Assembly (NCBI GenBank): GCA_024137785.1
Contig: JAHRHZ010000019.1
Location: forward strand, 26,034,327-26,098,326
DNA: 64,000 nucleotides
DNA from: Ginglymostoma cirratum
Lineage: Eukaryota
Direction: 5' to 3'
The position numbers were made by a program, and so were the translations under genes. Of this stretch, positions 12,340-25,930 are shown in pieces. Every line of letters begins with the position of its first letter. Within the stretch, counting starts at the first letter, position 1. The notes below the pieces were generated by a model that saw only the letters and a list, made by a program, of their open reading frames with translations, was not told where the DNA came from and did no database searches.

Positions 12340-14400
12340 AGAATCACAGAAATGTTACTGTGCAGAATGAGGCCATTTGACATAGCATGTCAAAGCATCT
12401 TTCTCACTTTCTCAACATTTTGACTTGTGGGCCATTTTCTACTTTTCTTCAACACACCACATCTAATGCCCTCTTGATTGCTTCAATTGAACCTGCCTCC
12501 ATCACATTTCTAGGCAGTGTATTCCATCCCAAGTACTCACTGTGTGAAAGAAGAATTTTCTTCTTTTGCAAAACACTTCAAATCTGCAGCTCCTGGTTTT
12601 TAATCATTTTTTGACTGGTAACAGTTTCTCCCTAGGTACTCTGTCCAGGCCCATCATAATTTTGAAAAGTTCTACAAATCCTCTCTGAGCCTTCTACTCA
12701 ACAATGAAAGCAGTCCAAACCTCTCCACTTCATCCTCATAACTGATGGTACTCATACTGGAAGCATTCTTGTGAACCTCTTCTACACTTTCTCCAATGCA
12801 TTCACATCCTTTATAAAGTGCTGTTCCCAGTACTGTACATAGTAGTCCAGCTGGATATAACTAGTATCTTACTTAAATTCAGCATAATTTCCTTGCTTTT
12901 GTACTCTATGGTCATTTTAATAAAGCCTAGGCACAGTATGTAACAGTTCTCTCCGCCTATCTTGCCACCTTTAAAGACTTAGTCACATATACACCCAGGA
13001 CTGGCTGCTCCTGAAGAGCCTTCAGTACAGTACCCATTACAGTATACTGTCACACCATGTTCCTTGTATCAAAATGTGTCACCTCACACTTCTCTGTATT
13101 CTTTATTTGCCAACTATCTACCCACTCTACCAATTTGCACCTGTCCTTCTGGATTTCTACAATTTACAATGTTTAAAAGTTTCCTACATCAGAAACCTTT
13201 GAAAACATCATGTATGAAAAGACTTTGATCATGTATATAGATCATGAAAAGCAAAGGTCCCAAAGCTTAAACCAGGGATCACCACACCACACCTTCTTTC
13301 AGCCCGAAATATGAGCATTAACAGTCACTCTCTGTTTCCTATCCCTCAGCCAATTCTGAATCCAGTTTTCTACTGACCACTTTTGTTCTGTGAGTTATAA
13401 TCTATCTTAGAAATCTATTGTGTGGCATTGTATTGAACACCTTCTAGAAATCTAACACACCAACAGCTTTGCCATCATTAACCCTCTCTGTTACTACTTC
13501 AAAAATACTCCAAGTTAGTCAGACATGATCTTCCTCAATAACTCCATTCTGGCTCTTCTGGTTTAATCCACATTTTTCGATATGACAATTAATTCCATCC
13601 CGAGTAATTGTTTATACAAGTTTTCCACAATCAAAGCTAAAGTGACTGGCCTGCAATTGATGGGATTCTCTGTATGACCTTTTTTGAACAAGTGCATAAT
13701 GTTTGCAATTCTCCAGTCTTCTGACCCCACACCTGAATCCAGGTAAGATTGAAAGATTATTGCCAATGCCTCTGCAGTTTTGACTCTCAGTTTCTTCAAT
13801 ATCCTTGAATGAATCTCATCTGGTCCCAGTGTGTTATCAACTTAAAGTATCAAAAACTTATTTAGTAGCTCCTCCTTATCAATTTTAAATCTTTCTCATG
13901 GCAGAGTTTCTTCCTCTGTCACTGTGATCTGGATAGCATCTGCCCTATAGATAAAGACAGATGCAAATTGTTCATTAGGTGCCTCTACCATGCCTTTGCC
14001 TCTATGTGAAAATCTCCAAATTGTCCTGAATCAACCCTATTCCTTCTTTTGCCAGTTTTTTTTTTACTGTTTATGTGCCTCAGAATACTTTAGGACTTCA
14101 CTTTATGTTAGTTTCTAGTGTTTCTTCAATACCACTTTGTTTCTTCACTTGTCTTCCCAATCTTCTGTATTTTGGCTTAATTCTGAGTTGTATTTACTAT
14201 CTGGCACTGGTCACAGATACAATTTTCCTTTAATTTGTCCTCTATTTCCTTTGTCTTCCAGGAGGTCTTGATTTGTTTCCCCTACCTTTGCCTTTTTAGG
14301 GAATATGTCATGACTGTACCTGATTTATTTCTATTGTTCACCTACAGCATTTCCTGCCAACATTGGTTCTAGTTTAGTCCTGATCCTAACTTCATGTTCC
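12340..14400 (-). mobile_element. CR1 LINE, degenerate
   Basis: ORF 13563-13799 EALAIIFQSYLDSGVGSEDWRIANIMHLFKKG...NCRPVTL is the CR1 RT N-terminal part; reverse tail tagaatcacagaaatgttactgtgcagaatgaggccatt. Confidence 0.9.
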
Positions 14401-17400
14401 AACTGCATATGTTTTAAATGTACTTTTCTCTGTTACTGAGTCTTTGCTACAGTCTATTTGTTGTGAGTCGAATGTCTATAAAAATATTAATGGCCTCAAA
14501 ACACTACGTTCTGTTGTATTTGAATATGGCAATATAATCGTGTACCTTGTTGGAATACTAATGAGTGTTCATACACCCTGTCACATTTTCATATATTATC
14601 AGACACAAAAATTCAAACATGTTGGTGAGGAATCTATATTCTTTCACACTTTACTCAGCTGAAATTCATGATATGTTCCATCTGTTCATTATGTTCTGTA
14701 TTAGGGCAGGTCCTAACTCAAATCACACACAGGAGATTCTTGGGTGACCGCAAAAGAAAGGTTGAAGTGACTTCTCATTGTCATGTTTAATAGATTACAC
14801 TTTGAATGTACTTTTTCCATGACAGGCTGTCACAGGTCTAAAGAACTCCACACATCTGTTATGCTGGGGAATTCCACATACCAGATTCATGCAAGCAGTC
14901 CCATTGGTCAACAGCCCAATAATGAAAGCTAGTTATCCAGATTGTATTTACTGGCACTGACTGGAGCAAGACCTAGTCCAGATATTTCTAATTGGCTGGT
15001 AAGAATAGGAGCACAGAACCTATGGTTATTCCCTACAGATGCAAATCTCTGATAGTATTTAGTTTCTAAATACTTTTTACTAAATACTAAACCCATTATT
15101 TAGACACAATTTAAACAATATACTGCAGTCTCCATCCTGGACTTTTTGAATGTGGACTAAATCCAGCACCTGATTTCTATCTCATGAGTAGAATCACTGA
15201 ACCAATTGCCACTCTGTATGATTGCAAATATCCAATGGGATATCAATCCAACAATTTGACATCTACTCCACAGACTCACAGGTGAAGAGGATATGAATAA
15301 ACTAAAGGCTAACCTATTAGGTACTGTACCATTGGATAGAAATTCAAATCTCTTTCGCATATTACTGGAAGCTAGGACACTACTTGCTATATTCTCATGG
15401 ATGTTATCATAAAAGTATATTCATTTATAGTCACAATTATAGCCTGTCACATTTTGTGACATACCATCAGATAATAATGCATATATTCTGCCAGATTGCA
15501 ATGATACGTTACTTGAAAAATACAAGCACCAAGTAGCTCTTTTTGATTTTTCTGAATAATAATGTTGTATTCACTCACACTTTAATGACATATTACTGAT
15601 GATGGCATAATTCTTTATCATAGTTTGTCGACATATTTCGCGAAGGTAACATGTATATTTTGTTGCACTTCTTGCATTCTGAATAATAACTCATGTTCAG
15701 CATTACACTTGTGACATTGTCAGAGAATAAATACTTATGTTCTGTCACAGCTTTGCGACATACTGCTGGGTAATACACACATCCTGCAGCACTAGGTAAT
15801 AAAATATATATTGTCATACTTTTGTGACTTTATTGGGTAATATGCACACATCTTACTCTTGTCGTGCTGTGTGACATTCCACTGGACATAGCAGACCTGG
15901 TCTGGAAACTGCCACAGAGTTTAATTTATTACAAGAAGGTAATAATGTTAGACATTGACATCATGTAACTGAACAGTATATTTATCAAACTTTAAAGATA
16001 TATTACTGAATATTTTACATGCATGTCCAATCATTGTGAAATAATGCTGTGATTCATTAATAACATACACAGTTATTTTTGATGCTAGCTATATTACCTT
16101 GCGAACTTAGTTGTACTTTGTTGTACTGCTTGATGAAATATAATCAAAATCTCATGGATATAGCATTTCACTATTTCATGTTTAATAATATCTCACTTAT
16201 CACACCTGCTAGTACATTTTGTCATCGTTTGATGTCAAAACAACGAAACCTTGCTACACTTCCAGTATATATTACAGGTCAATGGTTAGTATGTAACGCA
16301 TTGCTCACATAGGTGACATATTTGCAGGTAATAACACAGGCCCTGATAATGCTTGATGACCTGTCACTAAGTGATATCATTCGCTGGTGTTAAAAAAAAG
16401 TCATTGCTTGCAAGGGTATCTGCAATTAAGGATGCTGCTGGTTGGCTTTATTTAACTGCACGCTTTCTCAGGTAACAGGGTAACTCAGCTGACCTTTATT
16501 GTCGACAGGAAGCAGCAGCTTATTTACACTTTGCCGGACTGATAGTTTATATAGAAATTAGAAGGTAATCTTTTGCATTTTCTAACTTTCTAGAAACTAA
16601 ATGCAGAATGACCTATTATATGGAATTCGACAGTGCCAGAACCTTACAGTGTGAAAGATAGAAATGACATTGGAATTAAATTAAATTTTGTTCAATGATG
16701 CAATAATATTGGTTATTTTCCCGTTTGGCAAGAGCTCACACAAGGAAAACAAACATTTGGGGTGGTTGATGACATAGTCGGGAGAAAGCTGCTGCGAAGA
16801 GGCTGAGCACATCCCCTGCAGGAAGGAAGTAGATTCTGGAGAAGGAAAACAAAAGATGGCAGCCGCTCTGACCGCAGTTTGAACCAGACCTCATCGCCAC
16901 CCAGCTGTTTCCCAGCAACTTCCCATTACCTTTACATGACACTTTACCCCCTTCTATCAATAGTAGTCAACAGTGTGTTCCCTTAATTAAAAAGTAAATA
17001 TCAAGTTAGATGCACAACTCAGGCTCACCTCTTGTGTAATTTAAGCGTAAATGTTTTAGAGGCCAGCACACTCTACATTCATACAGCGACCTTTGGTGAT
17101 TAGACCCGTTATATCGATGCATTAACAGCTTTGTTCCTCTTATTTCCTCCCCGAGTCTTACGAAGACCATTTCTAGAGGAGACAGGGGCTTGCACTTTAC
17201 GGGAATTGAAAGCATTGTAAAGAAAACTTAGCTTTACCGGAACAGGGTCTTAACATCCACATAATTTGCTGAAACAAATTGACACATCCCAGCCAAAAAG
17301 AATGGGAATGCAAGCTTGCATTTCTCCCCACTCGGCAGGCCAAAGCGATTGATACCAAACTGCTACGACGGTCCTATCCACACGTTTAAAACAGTAACTT

Positions 17401-19989
17401 CAATTTGTGAACAAAACTTACCGAAAAGCTCATTAGGCGGCCTTCGGTTAACTTACTTTGCTGTTTACAAAACTCAAACTTGGTCAAGTTTCCACCATGA
17501 TCACAAGTTCTCACTGCGTTTGCTGTATTTCTGTGTAGTTTAATAGATAACGATGTTTGGAAACCAGAACAGGCAGCTACCGCAGTTTATACTTGACCAA
17601 GACATCAAGCTCAGACTAATCAAGAACAAGTTGTTAAAATGTGTATTGCACCATCACAAACCTTTAAGAAATCAATTTCTTTGGATCAAGACAACAGAAC
17701 AAACAAAATAAACGTATTTTCTTTGAAAGTGTATCCATTACTTCTAACATCCCAGGAAACAAAACTGTAATGTTTTACTGCCGATCTTGAACGTTTCACA
17801 AAAAATTATCTTTACCAGTTGTTATAATTGCGAACTACGGGCTGTGTATTCATATTAATCTATAGTGCGGCTTGTGTGGAAAGAGTCTGAATAAATAAAT
17901 TATCCTCATATTTATATTTTGATATGCTATCACTACATTGCATCGATAAATAATTATTTTAATCAGACGTTATGAGCTCTCATTAATTCATTAAAATTAA
18001 TACAGTCCCGCTTACTCCTGAATGAGGATGTTATAAACAGCTGTTCTTTATACATATTTTATAGTTCATCCAGATAAAGCGCATGTGCATCGTTTAAATT
18101 ATTTAAAAACAAACAATTTAGCCTAAATCTATATGACTGTCTATAATTAGTTTGGAAAGCACAACACACTCAAATATGCCGTTTCCCCCATCAAAGAATT
18201 TGCTTTTGCATAGGCGTTTACCGCACCATAAATACTTCTATAGTGTCTGTTTGGGTTTTCAGCACACCGGATTATCACAAAACAATGCGTGTATTTTACA
18301 TTGCAATGGAAAATTATGAAGTAACTGAATCGTTAATATTTCCCGCGCATCTTTTAAAGTAGACATAGATTTAATAATCACATCAACTCAAGACAAAGGA
18401 TATAATGATGGAAGAAACCGGAAGTTTTGAAAGGTTTCGGTTGTAATAACCACAATACTCGTCTTTTCCGCGAACTCTTTAATTAATCTTTAATTTAACA
18501 AACTTTGGACGTTCCCCAGATAAATAGATAAGTTGGTAAATCTATGCCGAAATCCATTTTAGAAACATTTGCGATTTGTTTAACGAGCTTTACCAACTAA
18601 TATTGATGGAAGATATGCACGCATAACAAAATATATAACATCTTGTATCACGCAATTTTAAAAAAATTATCTTGTGATAAATGTTCGATTTTTTTCCCCC
18701 CGGAAATATATTAAGCAAAAGTCTACATCAATTTATTTTTGAAATTGTTTTAGTCATCGTATCATTTTGAGAACAGCTACAAAGCGTGAAAACCACCTCA
18801 GTATGTTGCTATTTTCTATGCCATCTTATTAAAGTTGAAAATCGAGTTTAACAGGTGTCCGTCAAGTGTGGCTATACTGCGTGTCACTGGTTATTAAGTA
18901 AGCGTTCTATAATTCCTGAATATTTTATTTATACGTTCTGAAAAATGCCTTTAAACTCCTGCCGGATATATTTGTATGTGTGGTGCTTTTCTGTTAGCCG
19001 TCTGCAAAGTCACACAAAACCTACAATATAATTTGAACTCGTGTACTACTACAGAAATATAGTATATATAGACCCTGACATTGCCGTTTCTGATGGAGGT
19101 TACACTCCAGGAATGAGTCTGGCACCCCGGCTTAGTCTACAATATAAATCAGGCTTGTACAAACGCGATAATAACGTCAAAAAGTCGAGACCTTCCGGCT
19201 TTCGTGAGGTTGGAACCAAAACTTCTGCCATTTTTTCTTTTGTTCCCCTGTTTCCTGGCGGTAATCCCTTTTCTGAAATAAAGACATTCGACAATTGAAA
19301 AGACATTGCGTGCCTTATTAGCGTTTATTCTGAATCAAAAATAATGAGTAAAAAAATCTTTTGATCATTTCAGGAAAAAGGCTTATTTTTATACAGGGGC
19401 CTTTTTGTTTTTGTTGACTTTATTTTACTTTGACTCTTGTGGCCAGGAAGCTAAGTCCAAACAATTTCGCCTCTCTTCTTGCGCCGTTCTTTATTGAGGT
19501 GAAACTTATAGGCTTAAAAACAAAACTGAATAAACATTTCAAGATTGTTTTAAAAAGGACAAAAAAAGCAAAACTATGATAAGATGTGCAGAACAGGTGG
19601 CAAGTGGTACATAAATTAGAAATGAACCAAACTTTAAAAATAACCCCCTTTGACTCGAAAAGGAAGTATTTTCCCAAAATCTGTGGTAACACATTAATAG
19701 GCTACAGTCACAGTACAAAGATTGATTCATTGATGAAGAAAAAATAAATAATTGGCAGTCTTTTTTTAACAGCCCTCTTGTTAAGGCTAGTACAGTTTAC
19801 TGTCAGGATCAGAACCTAAACAAAACAATAAAAGATGCAAATAAATTACACCAGATCATTAAACTACATAGACCCACAACTTTCTTTTATCTATGGAACT
19901 CTAGCTCTGTTTGACTAATGCGCAATGGGTGAATTACCCCATAAATTAATTTCTGTACCCAGTGAATAAATGTTGTGATCATGATGCAG

Positions 19990-20450
19990 ATGCATATTAC
20001 AGTATTCAGCAAATATATATTCATAATGTTCACACTCAGTAAACATATTTCATGCAAAATTTTGCCTTTTTATTACAATATCTAGATAACATAATGATAG
20101 AATTCAGTAAACATGTTGTACATAATCAACAAACCTGTATAACATTTGGCAGAAGACATACATAGATATTACAGTGTCCAGAAAATGCCTTTGTTAGTGT
20201 TTAGCAAACATATATTTTACAATATTCAGCAAACTATTCTAACTGTCAGTAACATACTACTGAATTGAAAAAGCATATATTACTACATTAAAACATTGCG
20301 AACGTACGTATTACAACATACTAAAGTCAAGTACATACATATATTACAACATTAATTGTATAGTATATCATTTCATAAACCAACATATCACAACATTCAG
20401 GAAATATAGGCAACATTTAGGAAACACAAATTTAAGATTTCTTTAAGATG
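19990..20450. repeat. Degenerate AT-rich tandem repeat (unit roughly catatattacaatattcagcaaa)
   Basis: Recurrent atattaca and attcag(c/t)aaa motifs across the interval. Confidence 0.55.
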
Positions 20451-23400
20451 GAATTTGTCACAATGTACTGGCATGTTGTTTTTGTACTAATGACTGAATA
20501 CTGTAATGTACATTGTTGGTGGTGATATTTGCTGAGCAGGTTAAACGATGTACTTGACTAATCTAGTTGTTCAGCAATGGTGCCAGTAGGAGTACTATGT
20601 TTCCCTACTGTGCCGCTGTCCCTTGGATGTTTCATGTAGTTATGGATTTTAGTCATAAACGTAATCAAAATTCTGCTGCTTAATTTAAGACAAGGCCCAT
20701 TTCTCATTTCAAGTTCATTGTAAACCAAAGCAATGATTTAGAAACATGGATGTCTTCTTCAATTGCAGCATATCATATGATCTACAACATATTAATATGG
20801 ACACATAATATAACCTATCAGTCATTATCCATAAAGTATTGTCTAACATTAACATCCAGCAAAATGTCTACATTGCATCGATGTATGCTTATTCTCAGCA
20901 TGGAACATAATAGTTTTTTTGATATTTGATTTTGATATTAGAGCCCCAAGTCACTGTCCCTGTTCTTATAAAATTAAATTTACTTCTAACTGAGTTCTGT
21001 ATTAGTAAAGTGGAATGTATGCATATTAGTACTTAAATAGACAAATGCATTAATTGTAATAAGTGTCTGGGGAAGATACTAAACACAAGCAATTCAATAA
21101 ATAAAGTGCATTGCTGTATTTGATACAACTAATCAAATATCACATATGCTTTGTTTACCTGTAGGAGCTCATTTTGCAACAGTTGTATTTGGTTATGTAA
21201 TCCTTAGTTGAGCAGAAATAATTGTACAATGGTCAACGTCCACTACTTTTGTAAAGTGCATGCATACCATTATGAATGCTACAGTTGTCAAGTGTTCTTA
21301 TGGCAAAGTATCTCATGACAATTGCAAAGCATCTTTGCGAGGGGAATAGATTCTGTAGATTCGACAGAAATATGCCATTGGCATTATTTCCTTACTTTCA
21401 ACAAACCCGTGATATCCATGACACTATGTTGACCAGTTACTTTTACCTGCACTGCTTCCTGCCAACAATCTGAAGAGACTGCCAATTGCAGAGTAGTCAA
21501 ACGGCTTAGTCTTCTACTTAAAATGTACCCGCATTCTTTCGCATTTTGTGATTGTAAACCAGGGCAAGCCAACCTACTGTGGTGGTAGAGGATGAGTTTG
21601 GATTATGCCATTCTGCATTAAGACAGAGTTTGGTGCAGATTGTTTTGATGTTTTGGCAGCCTTGCGAAGTTGAAACAACGCGAATGTCTTGGCGAGCAAA
21701 TGAGTCAAGAAAATAAATGCATAATTACATTTCTAACATGTAGTCTCGCTTCCGCTTTCTCTTTATACAAAGATGACAACAGTGCTTGACACACCTAAGC
21801 TTGACATATTTCAATAACGACTCCACACCATAATCGCCAACGAGCTGTTGGTCGAGATGCAATTGTTTTAAAGCTGCCAGTAACACCCGATCAAGGAAAT
21901 ACTGTGTATTGTACCTGTCACGGTGCTGCTGCTCACTCTCCTTTCAGACTTCAGATGTCCTTATCTCTATTGATTGTGGCATAGAAACCGGGAGACAGAT
22001 GAATATGATATTCGACAGACGTTGCTCAAACGTAAATAACATGTTCAGTGAATGATGTATTTATGCCATTATCCTGTAAATTAATCGAGGAAAATACATC
22101 TTCCCAAATATCAAAATCTATTTATAGACGTCCGGCACAACGTGTGCATCTGACCTTAAAATATAGCGATCTCGATCAGCGGACGCTGTGTGTTTGTGTG
22201 TCTGAGATTCTACTCCTTTCATCAATTAACATGTTAACACTTTTAATACAAGCAAGGTTATGTTAAACAAAAAAAAGCGCTGTTACAGAGACGATTGCAT
22301 TTAAGCAACCCAAACTGCATCGGAATTGGTTAAAACATCCTTGAGAAACAATCTTTCAATTTAAACCGGTATTATGCCATCGAGATGTTTAGCATTAGCT
22401 TAGTAGGAAACATATTTCCTGCACTGCACGCAGCAGAAGGAAACACAATATAATCTTTTTTAAATCACGTCGTTGCATTTTTGTGAGGAAAACGATAAGA
22501 AATAGCTGAACTTTTCAATTTGGTGAGTGAGTGGCATTGCTATTTGCTTATCGATGTGGACTTAATTTTACACTTTCAATAGCAAAACTTGCTCATTATT
22601 CTTCTAGCATATCATTTTGTTGTGTAGTCCAACAGTCTCAAAGAATAGATTCTTCTGTTTGGTGACAAAAAAGTCAACATAACTTTTTAAAATAAGATTC
22701 AATTGTCATGAATCTTTAACAACAATTTCAGTAATGGGTTAGCCCTTGCTCGGCTTGTGTCATATGTAACATCAACGATAAGATTTCCCAAAAGACAAAT
22801 GCAGAACGTTGATTTATTAACGGAGCAAAAATTATGGTCTGATCAGCCCAAATTAAACAGCAAAATGTGGAATGCTGTAATGTCCATCAGCAAGCACTTT
22901 GGAATACTTCAAAAGCTGGCAGTCATTCTTCATTTACAAAATCTACGCATGAACTATGGTATAAAGAGGTACATAAAATATTTTGACAATCCCATTAAAC
23001 AAATGCCCACAATACTGAAAGTTATCTTACAGCTATGTGCAACGCAGCCCAATATTGTAATAAGCGGACAATCAATTCTATGGCAAGGATTCACAAAATA
23101 CACTAATAATATGAGTGCTTGTGTGTTGGGGGTAGTAGTGAAGGGTGAGTGCTGGACTTCTATTATGCAGCTGACAATAATGACCGTTCTTTGTCATGCG
23201 ACACAATTCTGCAAAAAAAAAGTAATATCAATGAAATTACGAATAAAATAAACAAAATGTTGAGGCGATGGGCAGAAAAAGAATCCCCTTTTGGGGAAAC
23301 TCTATGTGTCTTGTAACCCTCGCATTGTTTTAAAAGTACTCTTAAGTCCATTTAACCCCATGCAGTTATGTGAGTAATAAGTCAGAAAGTAAAGTGAGAA

Positions 23401-25694
23401 CGAATAAAGTTAACTGTATGAACGATGCTCAGTGCTGTGTTCATAACAGATGAAGTGTGTCAAACTGCTAGATAAGACATGTTGAGAGGATTGAGCCGGT
23501 GTCATCAAATGGCTTGAGATGATACATGTACAATAAAACTGATTTCACTTAAATATTGGATGATACAAAGTAATTGGACATTTTTTAAACAGCGAGATGG
23601 AATCAATAACTCGATTCCATTCAGAATGGGTGCTTCAAGTTGCATCAGCCCAACAGTTTGAACGGCTTAGCTTGAAACTTAAATTTGAGAAATATTTAAA
23701 ACGCAAATAGATAGTTTACATACTATGTCAATTGGCCATTCAGTACACAAGATTAGAAAGATATTATTGATGAATTCAACTGCCTAAATTGATCTTCATT
23801 TTGCCACCACAACTTTACAGAATGTTAAAGTATGATTGACTGTGAAGCACTGTACGCAGCTAACCGTGTTTGTATAGTATATTGGCGTGTTCATCTGACT
23901 GCAATTTACGGAAAGTTTCACCCCGGCATATTTCTTCCAGCTTGGAACAATGCATTTATCCTGATTGTTGTGTAAGTTTATTCATACATGTGAATATGTT
24001 CAGAAATGTAATTACGTGTTGCAATTACGTGAGTGATAGAAGACAGTATATCTACATAAGATTATCCTGTTGCTGTTGCATCTTTACACCTTCCATTAAT
24101 GTCAAACAGTTGCTAAAGGTTTCAGAGTACCGGTTGAAGCTGCAGCCGATTCATGCGTCAATCATTACACATTTCAACGTCTCGCTTGGATTTAGAAATG
24201 CACTTTTTTGATGTATGTAATTTATAAATAAGCTCAGCTCCATCAGTTCGTTAGTTTAGAACCTGATCACTTATCCCTAATCATGATAACGGACCCCAAC
24301 ATTACTCCCAAAGTTGTCCGAAAGTAGTTCTGCAACCTAGGCTAGATCAAACTGATGCCCAGGTTCTGAGGTAGGGCGTGCGTGGGACGGGACGTTGCTG
24401 GGGCTGGGGTGTTGAGGGGGAAGGATGCTGGGTGAGGGAGGATGCCTTAGCTAATGACAGCGTCCTCTACAGGGGACTGAGAACATAATTTTCCCGTTGT
24501 ATCCAAACGCTAAGCAAGGAGAATGGAATTTATAGGTTCACAACAATCGCAAAGTCTCTGACTTGTAAATGGGTCGCTTCTTTCAAATATTGTTAACAGT
24601 TTTAAATAAACTATAGATTTCTGTGTGTTCACAACAGTTGCATTATCAACATTAACAAGTCCCTCGTTGATTGCTATTTCTTGGACATGCTTTCATAAAT
24701 TAATCCTATTGTGCTATTTGTGAAGCCATACAAGGAAATTGTAAATCTACCAAAGGATGATATACAAATTAGTACGGGAATACTTTGGACAAAAGTGTTT
24801 GCTGCTGGTCCCATCCCCCACCCTCGCGCTCCTTCCCACCCACCATTGCTTGAAGGAAGAGTGAAGGGACATAAAGTAAAAGCGGTTCTGTTAAACTCCG
24901 AAAAGATCCACAGTCTATCTGATTCCTCTAATACTTCGCCAGATAGTCTCAGGTGCAGCTCCTTGATTGGATTTAAAGCCAATGTTGGATTTTTTGTGGC
25001 TTTGCTGGTGCAATAATAGTGTCGCTCGCATTCTTCTCCATGATCTTGGACCATTATTTAAACTTAAGAGCTGTGAGCTTCTGACGCGGCATAGCGAGGG
25101 AAACTGTAGTGCAAATCGCCCAGTATTTCCACACTATCAATACCTATGTAGGTTGGCCACCCTGTTAGTATTACGGCTAACATAATTTGCTAACAAATAA
25201 TGTTAGGATAAAGATTTTGAATTCAAACCTGTCTCATCTATTTTTGTCGAGGATTGCTATGGGATGATGTGTATCATGTAGTCGCATTACTGCTTCGAGA
25301 CCAACGTTAACCATAAACTGTTAGGAAGACTAATAAACCATTTTATTCTCAGTCCGTTGAATTCAAAAGTGATAATTTAGCGATACTCAAGAGTTATGGG
25401 TCTTGCAATTCAATGTGTTTACGGGTACAGTATATATGTTTCACCGACCAGTTGTGTCCACAGTGGTGTGGTTTCCTGTGATATTTGTATCTCATTTTCT
25501 GTGTATGTTTAATTTGAGGGTGACATTGTTTATACCTCATATATGTCTGTATATCCCGTATGTTTTGTAATCCATGTGCATCTTGTGTATTATGCATGTT
25601 TTTTTTTGCTATAGTGCTTGTGTTTACGTGTTTCGTGTAGAGTTGGTATTTTTTCTAGCCATGTAGTACATATCTAACATGTTTCCCAATCAGG

Positions 25695-25930
25695 ATTTGA
25701 ATTTTACAGCACAGAAGAGGATCATTCGGGCCATCGCCAGTTATCTGAAGGAGCTACCCATTTAATCTGTTCCCTTATACTTCCCCTTTAACTGTTCACA
25801 TGTTCATTTTCCAAATGTTTATCTAATTCTCTTTTAAAAACTAATGGATCCAGTTTCCACCACTGTTTCTGGTAAGGCATTTCACGTCCTATCTGCATGA
25901 AAGGAAATTATCTGAAGTCTCCAGTGATTC
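25695..25930 (-). mobile_element. CR1 3' tail remnant
   Basis: ttttacagcacagaagaggatcattcgggccatc...gagctacccatttaatc is the reverse of the tail type seen at 48600-48720. Confidence 0.6.

Larger units (their letters stand above)
10740..12340 (+). mobile_element. Old degenerate CR1 LINE carrying younger insertions
   Basis: LVTPHLDYVVQ (ORF 11656), gttgatgacacaag (FADDTK-like), ggagaatctaggacaaggggacaaaac-like GESRTRG segment near 11945. Confidence 0.7.

Noticed and set aside
22757-23251. 164-aa ORF
   Set aside because: GTG start, AT-rich, no recognisable motif or exon structure
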